A DNA stretch of 64,000 nucleotides from Octopus vulgaris (lineage: Eukaryota). The number at the start of each line of letters is the position of its first letter. The first letter of the stretch is position 1. The stretch is from positions 19,778,001 to 19,842,000 of the forward strand of contig OX597831.1 of the NCBI GenBank assembly GCA_951406725.2. Direction: 5' to 3'. This document shows, piece by piece, positions 55,317 through 64,000 of this stretch. The position numbers and the translations under genes were made by a program. A model generated the notes under the pieces. The model was not told the DNA's origin. It did no database searches and worked only from the letters and a program-made list of their open reading frames with translations.

Positions 55317-55739
55317 GGCCGTAAAAGAAGTAAATATAGATTGGATAAATAGGGCGTCTGGCATCAGGATAAAAAAAGGTATTACGTTTCAGACCAGGAT
55401 GCAGAAAAGCTTGAAGGTGGAATGTTTAAAAGTGGAGAATAAGCAGTATTGGTGGGAAGAAGAAGAAGAAGAAGAAGAAGAAGAAGAAGAAGAAGAAGAA
55501 GAAGAAGAAGAAGAAGAAGAAGAAGAAGAAGAAGGCTCGGTGGAGTTCTGAAAGTGTCGTGGCAGGGAAGAGCGAGAGGAGATGAGAGAGACATTTCAGG
55601 AAGAGGGAGTGGGGTTACTTAATCTCCACGAATTTGGACCCTCGTAAGGATTCGGAGTTTAAGTTCGAATCATTTGGGCGATAGTAAGTATTTTCATATT
55701 GAGAATCTCTAGATTTCATGTCGACTACATACGTGTACT

Positions 55740-55804
<65 letters not shown>

Positions 55805-55951
55805 CTATATATGTTTCTATACACACACACACATAAGAGTGGCTGCGTGCTAAGTAGCTTGCTTCCCAACTACGTGGTTCTGATTTGTGGGTGGATTTGG
55901 TAGACGAAAACCGAAAGAAACCCGTCGTGTATATATATATATATATATATA

Positions 55952-56333
55952 TCTCTATATATAAACGGCAGTTTGTCTGTGCGTGTTTCTGTGTGTCTGT
56001 TTGCTTGTACCCTCACCCTGACCACGGCTTTCAACCGATTCTGATGAAACTTGACACACACGTAGCCCAATGTCATAATTCAAAACTAACGCAGCGAAAA
56101 TTTTGAAAAGTTCCCCCAGTTCTGAAAAAATCGATAAATTCGACATGGGGTCGAGAATCAGAAACACGAACCACAAACTGTCTAGGGGACGCAACTCCAC
56201 CTTTTTTAAATCTCAAAAAAAAATTTACCATCATTTTTTTCCATTTTTTTGCTATTTTTTGGCTATCACTCTCTAAAAATGCTTTATAGTTATTTCCCTT
56301 ACAAACCTGAGCAACGCCGGGTGATACTGCTAG
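55952..56333 (+). mobile_element. Non-autonomous Helitron (Lep1-like)
   Basis: A|TCTCTATATATAAA...(GTCT-like)...CCTGAGCAACGCCGGG..CTAG|T. Confidence 0.8.
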
Positions 56334-56359
56334 TATATATATATATATATATATATATG

Positions 56360-57675
56360 AAAAATCAAGTCAGGATAGAAAATACTAAAATAATTTTATA
56401 AAAACATTTCAGTACCGGTTTCAGTCATTGAGACTTTTTCAACTGTAACAATGAAATAATTAAATTAAAGTGGTCAGTGGCGGCTAGCTGTTGCTGTTCA
56501 ATTCATGAGAATATTTCTATTGAAAGGTTTGTTTATAGAATTTGCGTAAGTATTATACTAAAAAGCATTAGTGATAAAGTTAGGAAGTAGAAGGGGAGAA
56601 GAAGAAGAAGAAGAAGAAGAAGAAGAAGAAGAAGAAGAAGAAGAAGAAGAAGAAGAAGAAGAAGGGGGAATATGAATGAGTAGAAGTAGTGAGGTGTTGT
56701 ATGACTTAAAGTTGGCACGTTATGGGTTATAGCTGTGATTGGGGCTGATTTTTAATGGATTCTTAGGAATGTAATATTTGCGCGTGTATTTGTGTTATTC
56801 TAAAGCCAAGGTGGATATATCGTTTGTCGTAGACCGGTTCAGAAGGGGCCTGTATTTTGTAATAAAGAGAGTTTCTTTACTTATTCGTTGGCTCGGGGTT
56901 GTATCGTCCCTGAATTGGTAGAGGGGGAAAATCCTAAAGCTTGGAGTTTTGTTGTTGGCGCAAATATCTATGTGTTGGCTGAATCCTATTTTTCTGTTTT
57001 GGGGAATTTTTATCTGGATCTGTGCAGGGCCATTCTTTTACGTAAACTATTTTTTGTTTGGCCTATGTATTGCTCTTGACACCCAGAGCAGGTAGTGTGT
57101 ATATCAGGTTCTCCGAAGCACATGCGAAGTTGCTTTTCACTGTGAACTGTTGTCCCTGTTTGAAGGAGAACTCTGATCTCTCAATTAGATAATCGCATAT
57201 CCCGCAATTGGGTCTTCCACATTTTTTTACTGTCGGCTTCTGTGTTGATGAGCGTATGCTTTTTAGTATAACACCTACGCAAATTCTATAAACAAACCTT
57301 TCAATAGAAATATTCTCATGAATTGAACAGCAACAGCTAGCCGCCACTGACCACTCAAAATACGACAATCAAGGCACTCCGAAATTCTTTCCGCCCCACC
57401 TTCTCCTCATCTTTCTTCTTTTTCTTCCCTACCAAGAATTCACAACGACCTCAAACCCACAAGTGTAAAAAGAGAAACAGGGAAAGGCAGAAACAAGGAA
57501 AATGCCACTTATATTTGAACACTATACAAATATTCTTTTAAAAGACCTTTTCTTTTAATTTTTCTAAATTTAATTATTTAATTGTTGCAGTTGAAAAGGT
57601 TTCAAATGACCGAAACCGGTACTAAAATGTTCTTTATAAAATTATTTTAGCATTTTCTATCTTGACTTGTTTTTT
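56360..57675 (-). mobile_element. Penelope-like element remnant: GIY-YIG endonuclease with inverted hammerhead-bearing ends
   Basis: CGRPNCGIC...NLIY (frameshift) CSGCQEQYIGQT..LRKR...KETLFITKYRPLLN at ~56835-57250; 56360-56570 inverted to 57255-57675. Confidence 0.85.
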
Positions 57676-57975
57676 CATATATATCAACTCGTGTGTTCCT
57701 TTTCATCCTTATACATATATATATCGAAACGCAGAGTAGATGAAACCATGGCGACTGAAGAAGGGGAATTTTCCTTGTGTTATTTGTATTGTACACTACT
57801 TTTTCGTTGTTTAAGAAAAATGTCCAGTTCCTTGGTTTTGTGTTTATGTTTTCGTTTCTCATTGTGTTCGACGTTATTTTTGGTGTCCTGTACCCATATA
57901 TGCATGTATATATACATGTAGAGGTAGGTACGTACATATATGTATGTATATATGCATATCTTTTATTTATTAATT

Positions 57976-58024
<49 letters not shown>

Positions 58025-58659
58025 TAAATTCAGAATACCAAGGATTCCGAATCAAACTGGTTTAATCTATACATGTAACTTCCAAAAAATCCTTTGAGCG
58101 CCCTTCTTTTGTTTGTCTGCTCACTTGTATGTGTGTTTGTGTATGTGTATATGTGTGTGTGTTTGTGTGCATATATGTGTGTATGTATGTATGTATGTGT
58201 GTATGTATGTATGTATGTATGTATGTATATAGTCAATATTATTTCGAGATTTCTTGCCAATAGAGAAAGAGCCGGTTTCTAAACTAGATCCAAGGCTCCT
58301 TCACTGGAAATTCAACATCAACGGGTTATGCATGTATGTATGTATGTATGGATGGATGGATGTATGTATGTATGTATGTATGTATGTATGTATGTATGTA
58401 TGTATGTATGTATGTATGTATGTATGTATGTATGGATGGATGGATGGATGGATGGATGGATGGATGGATGGATGTATGTATGGATGGATGGATGGATGGA
58501 TGGATGGATGGATGGATGGATGGATGGATGGATGGATGGATGGATGGATGTGTATGTGTTTTCTTTAAAGTATGTATTTTCATGCATATAGTTGCATATT
58601 TAGATAGGCACATATATACCAAAATTATATACTTCAAGAATGTTCTACAAATCATTATA

Positions 58660-60225
58660 GTTCCACTGATGGCTTGGATCTGTTATCTTCCATTCAGCTT
58701 TCTCGTTTCTGGTTTTGAGAAGCCTAATTTCTCAAGACTGATATTTTGGCAATTTGTTACATATCACAGGGCCCCAATAATTACAGGTATAAACCTGAAC
58801 TTATAATCTGGATTCGTAACAGCAGATTTCTCAAGCGTACGTATTTTCTCAAGTGTAGGTATTTTCTTTTTCACTGAACTGGGCAGCTGAATTCTACAAC
58901 TTTACACAGTTGCTCTTTTCTATCCCAAATCTCTATGTCAGGTCTATTATGTTTTCATTTTATTAAGGTTTGCCCGGCGACATTCCACCATTATTATGAG
59001 TGGCTATGGCTTCTACCATACCGTGGGTTCTTATTTCTTTGTCCCCCCAGGTTATTCTTCCGAAGTTTCTCGTTTTACAGTGCCCTGGCTACATCATATC
59101 TCATCGATAGATAATACTGTGATTACATTTTGGGGCAGCTACCTATGATATTGGTGATATATTTGGTGTTAACTTCACAAAGTCTGCATAACTTCTGCAT
59201 CTTTGTCTCTTGCATCAGGTATTTGGTTAATATTTCCTGTTCCTGGATTGCAAGCGTATACCCTTCAAAGCGGGAGTTAGTAATCCAGCTGTTGTTCCAT
59301 GATAGACTGCTTTGAATATTAATCTTTGAATATCCTCTTGGAGCTTTCTGCTAATATATCCGTGCATAGTCATCTGCCCACATACGCTCGTCCTTTCATC
59401 TGATGATACGTTGCAGCAGAGTCGTGGAATTTCTTTGGGCGTGCATTTAAGGTTATCAAGACAAAGAATGCTGCTTTCTAAGTCTTATGATGTTAATCAG
59501 CCTCAAGTATGCCCACCTGGCCAAGGGATACGCTTCGACACTTGTTGGTTAAAAGATGATGCCGAAGGGATATGATACGACATTCAAAGGCAGTCTGGAT
59601 CGATGTTAAGCCTCTTCTGTTTTGTTATCGTTTTAGGTAGAGGCGGTCTACGTCACTGCTAATGTGGGAATTGTGTGCTGATTAAATTCGAGTTTTCACA
59701 TCAGTGGCTTGGATCTCATCAAGCGTCCAATCAAGCAGCCCAAATATTGGTATGAGTACTGGCACTACTAGCGCATTGTGGGCCATTGTTTTATTCAATG
59801 TGGAAAGTTCCGAGACCCATATTTTCTCCATTCGACTGCAATATTCTTTGGTGACATGCATTTTGTTACTGGTGCCATTGTAAGATGTGTTTTCAATTAC
59901 CCTTAGATGCATGTAACATTCCTGATCAGATACAGGGGAGACTGTTAAGCCATTGATGCGGATGTTGCTAGTGCTATTTAGTTTCTTTTCGTTTCATCAC
60001 CATATAAAAACATTTATCCTGACCAAACTTGAACCCTACATCCTTTGAGAATGTTGTAACCGGGTCAAGGATCTTTTTCATCTCATGCATATTCTCAGCA
60101 TATAGTCTCAAGTCATCCACAAAGAAACAGTTTGTAATTTTGGTATTTCTGTTTCCTTGTGAACCAGTGAGATATCCTTAAGACTTCCTTAATATGAATG
60201 ATAAGGGGTTTGCAGAAGCCCTCCC
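58660..60225 (-). mobile_element. Decayed R4/Dong-clade (RLE) LINE
   Basis: FVDDLRLY, FGQDKC, DVDRLYL, AIQEQEI, CRLC..GSC, WWN..RPDI..VEFSCP remnants. Confidence 0.8.
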
Positions 60226-60544
60226 TATATATATATAAATGTGTGTGTGTGTGTGTTCTTGTTGATGTTGGTGCTGATGCTGTAAATGTTATTGTTGCTG
60301 TTTTGGCAGGTGAAAGTTTTAGTCCTACTGCTGTGTCGTTGTGACCGTCTGCCTCTATTGCTGCTGTTGCTCCTGTTGTTGTTGTAGTGGTGGTGGTGAT
60401 GGTGTCTGCAGTAGTGTTGGTTTCCTTTGCTGTGGGAGTAGGAAAAGAAGAGAAAGAATAAGAAAAATACGGCAGAGGTAGGAGAGTAGTAGGATGTTGG
60501 TGGAATCCTTTTAAAGGGTCAAGTAACTCCCATTATACCACTCC

Positions 60545-60765
60545 CGTATTCTTCTTCTTCTCCTCCTTCTTCTTCTCCTGCATCTTCTTCTTCAATCTTT
60601 CTCTTTTTCTTCTTCTTCTTCTTCAATCTTCTTCTCCTTCTTCTTCTCCTCCTCCTCCTTCTTTTTCTCCTGCTTCTTCTTCTTCAATCTTCTTCTTTTT
60701 CTTCTTCTCCTTCATCTTCTCCTTCATCTTCTTATTCTATCTTCTTCTTCTTCTTCGCCTCCTTC
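60545..60765. repeat. (TTC/CTC)n polypyrimidine tract
   Basis: Directly visible; pure (GAA)n also at 55457-55533 and 56598-56662. Confidence 0.9.
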
Positions 60766-61211
60766 CTCGGCTACTGTTGCTTGAACCAAGGGACTCATAT
60801 CAAATATTCTTTTAGGATTGCCTACTACCAAGTATTCACAAGAGTAAAAAAAGAGACAAAGACAGAAAGAAAAAAGGAAAATGTCCCTTGTATTCGGAAA
60901 CTATGGAAATATTTAAAAAAAAAAAAACATTTCATTTCATTTTTCCACAAATTAATTGTTTTTCATGCTTTACTCTGACTTGAAAAGTCTGAAACCGGAA
61001 GTAAAATGTTCTTCATGATAAAGTTATTTTAGCATTGTCTACCTTGTCTTATTATATTCCTTATATGTGTGTGGGTGTGTGGGTGTGTCTGTGTGCGCGT
61101 GTGTGTGTGTGTATGTGTATGTATATATATATATATATATATGTACATATATATGTATGTATATATGTATATATATGTGTGTATATATATATGTATATAG
61201 ATATGTAAATG

Positions 61212-61242
<31 letters not shown>

Positions 61243-61969
61243 ATATATGTATACACTCACTCAATCAATAACTTTGGTGTGGTTCCCGTATCGTTTTGCG
61301 GAGTGTTATGACTCATTTTCTAATATTCCTCGTTACCATCGTAACGACAATGGCCTATTATCTTACTATCTTGTCTAACTGACCTCCTAAAGATACTTAC
61401 CTTAGTATATTAAAACACAAACAATACATTGGGGTGAGTCTCTGTACGTTTTTTCTAAGTATTATGGCTAAAATATGGAATGCGATACACCGTTTCGTAG
61501 TACCGGTATATTCTACAAAATGAGAAAGACCCAGTCGTTGTTTCATCTTTCAGATACATAAATAGATAGATAGTTTTACAGGTACAATGACTAGAAGCGG
61601 CCTTCACGGTCATTTTAAGACCAAAACCAGCTTCCTAACTTCATTCCTTCCCGAGATGTCGCATTCTGAATGTCGCGAAACTTTGACTGCGTTTTTCTCG
61701 GATTTTAAGTTGTGGCGCTTACGACGGTCTGTCACTAAACGCCTCAAATGTCCTCTGTTTTCAATACTTGCGATAATACATTCACATCCGCCGGATAGTT
61801 GATTCCTACAAAAGTGCACGGCTTCTGTTTTCTGTCCTTCACAAAAATATCAGGTCTGTTATGTTTCCACAAAATTAATACATTTATTGGGGGGGGGGGT
61901 CCACAATCATGTATGTCTCTATGTATAGATGGATGGATGCATGAATGTATATATATATGTAATTTTTAT

Positions 61970-62171
61970 CTGTTTCAGTCATCAGACAGTGGCCATGCTG
62001 GAGCACCAACTCCAATTTTAGTCGAAAGAATCGACTCCACTACTTATTTTTTAAGTCTGGTACTTATTCTATCGATTTCTTTGGCCGAACCGCTATGTTA
62101 CAAGGACGTAAACACACCAACACCAGTTGTCAAGTGGTGATGGGGGTAGAAACATACACACACACACACAC

Positions 62172-62216
<45 letters not shown>

Positions 62217-62360
62217 CGGGCTTCTTTCAGTTTCCGTCTACCAAATCCACTCACAAGTCTTTGGTCGACCCGAGGCAATAGCAGAAGACACTTGCCCAAG
62301 GTACCACACAGTGGGACTGAACCCGGAACCATGTGATTGGAAAACAAGCTTCTTACCACA
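61970..62360 (-). mobile_element. Dominant SINE
   Basis: Consensus head and tail. Confidence 0.85.
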
Positions 62361-63213
62361 CACCCTCTCCTCCACTTATTTATGTATGCCATTGTCCAGT
62401 TTTATTTCATGATTTCTTGCCAATGGAGAAAGAGCTGGTTTCGAACCCAGATCCGAAGCTCCTTCAATGGAGATTCAACATCAACTACAGGGTATGTTTT
62501 ATATATGTATGTAATATTATGTGTGTATGTTCTGTATGTATGTATGTATGTATGTATGTTATGTATGCATGCAAGCATGCAGGTATGTTATATTGTCGTG
62601 TATGTCATGTTTGTATGTATTACGTATGTATGTATGATATGTTATGTATGTATACATGTATGCATTATGTAGTTATGTATGTATTATGTATGTATGTGTG
62701 TTATGTATGTATGTATGTGTGTTATGTATGTATGTATATGATGTTAAGTTATGCTTGTTGTGTATGTATGTCTAAACATATAGTTGAACTTGCAAAACCG
62801 TGCGCTCTGGAAGAAATATCATTTTCCCCTACACTATTGTTCCGCCAAGTAGAAAAGCAATTTGCATTTCAAGAAAATTCGAAAATCTTCCCTTGAAACA
62901 CGATATTTAATAACTTAACGACGTTCATTTCAAATTCATTTTTTGCGGTCTAAGGGAAGTAACTCTAACAAATTTATCCCCCTTGCCAAAGCAGTTACAC
63001 AGCTCGGCTTAAATAGACTTTATGCTTGTATTACAGCACTATTGTATACAACGTTGCAGGAGTTTATACACGCATACATATATGAAACGGATGGATGAGG
63101 AGATCTGCTGCGAATCGTCCGTTTATTACGTTCCTCTTTTGTGTTTGTTATGTAATCGTCAATTTTTTCTGCCTGTTGTTTTTGTCCTCCCTTTGATTTA
63201 TTTCTGTGTGTGT

Positions 63214-63282
<69 letters not shown>

Positions 63283-63458
63283 TGTGTGTGTGTATGTTTG
63301 TCTATGTGTGCGTGTTTATGTGTGTCTATGTATACATACATACATACATATATATATACATACATATACATACATACGTATATATATATATAAATTTTCA
63401 GAATGGGATAAAAAAAACCAAGGCAGTGAGAGATTTTAGAACATTTAGAAATAGAAAT

Positions 63459-63504
63459 TCTTACAGCCGATTCGGGGATATTTATTATATCCCGTCACCG
63501 AAGA
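63459..63504 (-). ncRNA. Degenerate hammerhead relic
   Basis: tct-TCGGTGA-c-gggatat-aataa-atatccc-c-GAATcggctgTA-aga; stems kept, core mutated. Confidence 0.4.
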
Positions 63505-63951
63505 CGGTGTGAAAAAATGGTTATGCAATAGTTAATTTAGATAAGATATGAAGTAGAGAGTGGAGTGGAGGAATGAAAATAGATGTGAGATATGCAGGGA
63601 TATTGCATTTGTAGATCCATTCTTTAAGCAGAATGGTATACATGTAAGATTCCAGTTCCATTGCTTTTCTTTTCGTTTTCTTTGTTCCTCTCTTAATGCT
63701 TAGATTTGACCTTACAAATACATTCCCAACCTTTATGTCACTTTAAATATGACCCTCGATTCAATAACACCAGGTACAAACTCTATGCTTGGAATGACCA
63801 ATTTTAAATACTATTTGAACTTATTCTCAAGGAACTAGAATCTTAGTCTATCCATAGCACTTACTCAGCATTACCTGACACCTTTGCGTCTTACTGACAC
63901 CATTACCTCTCATAACCTATACATATATATATATATATATACAGAGAGAGA

Positions 63952-64000
<49 letters not shown>

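Noticed and set aside
56041-56052. CTGATGAAAC as a hammerhead core
   Set aside because: Part of the ACCGATT..GATGAAA.TT motif typical of Lep1-like Helitrons; no stems

Overview
Eukaryotic, extremely microsatellite-rich DNA; the SINE families and repeat landscape suggest an octopus (inference). The only clear host gene is an intronless class A neuropeptide GPCR of the bombesin/CCHamide/excitatory-peptide receptor group (21060-22208, minus). Most other ORFs in the track are simple-repeat artefacts. The rest is mobile DNA: many tRNA-derived SINEs, two CR1-group LINEs, Tx1/L1, RTE and R4/Dong LINE remnants, two Tc1/mariner fossils, non-autonomous Helitrons and a Penelope-like GIY-YIG remnant. The main hidden signal is about 19 type-I hammerhead ribozyme motifs found by eye (CUGANGA...GAAA-short, mostly palindromic stem III-UH, closed by stem I). 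They sit in small non-coding elements, mostly next to (TA)n tracts, with tandem and inverted (fold-back) architecture, consistent with a Penelope-dependent, retrozyme-like system. It includes a 560-nt tandem monomer bounded by two ribozymes, a U3-A8 covariant core family and a tRNA-headed SINE carrying a hammerhead. Folds and coordinates were read manually and none has been tested computationally.
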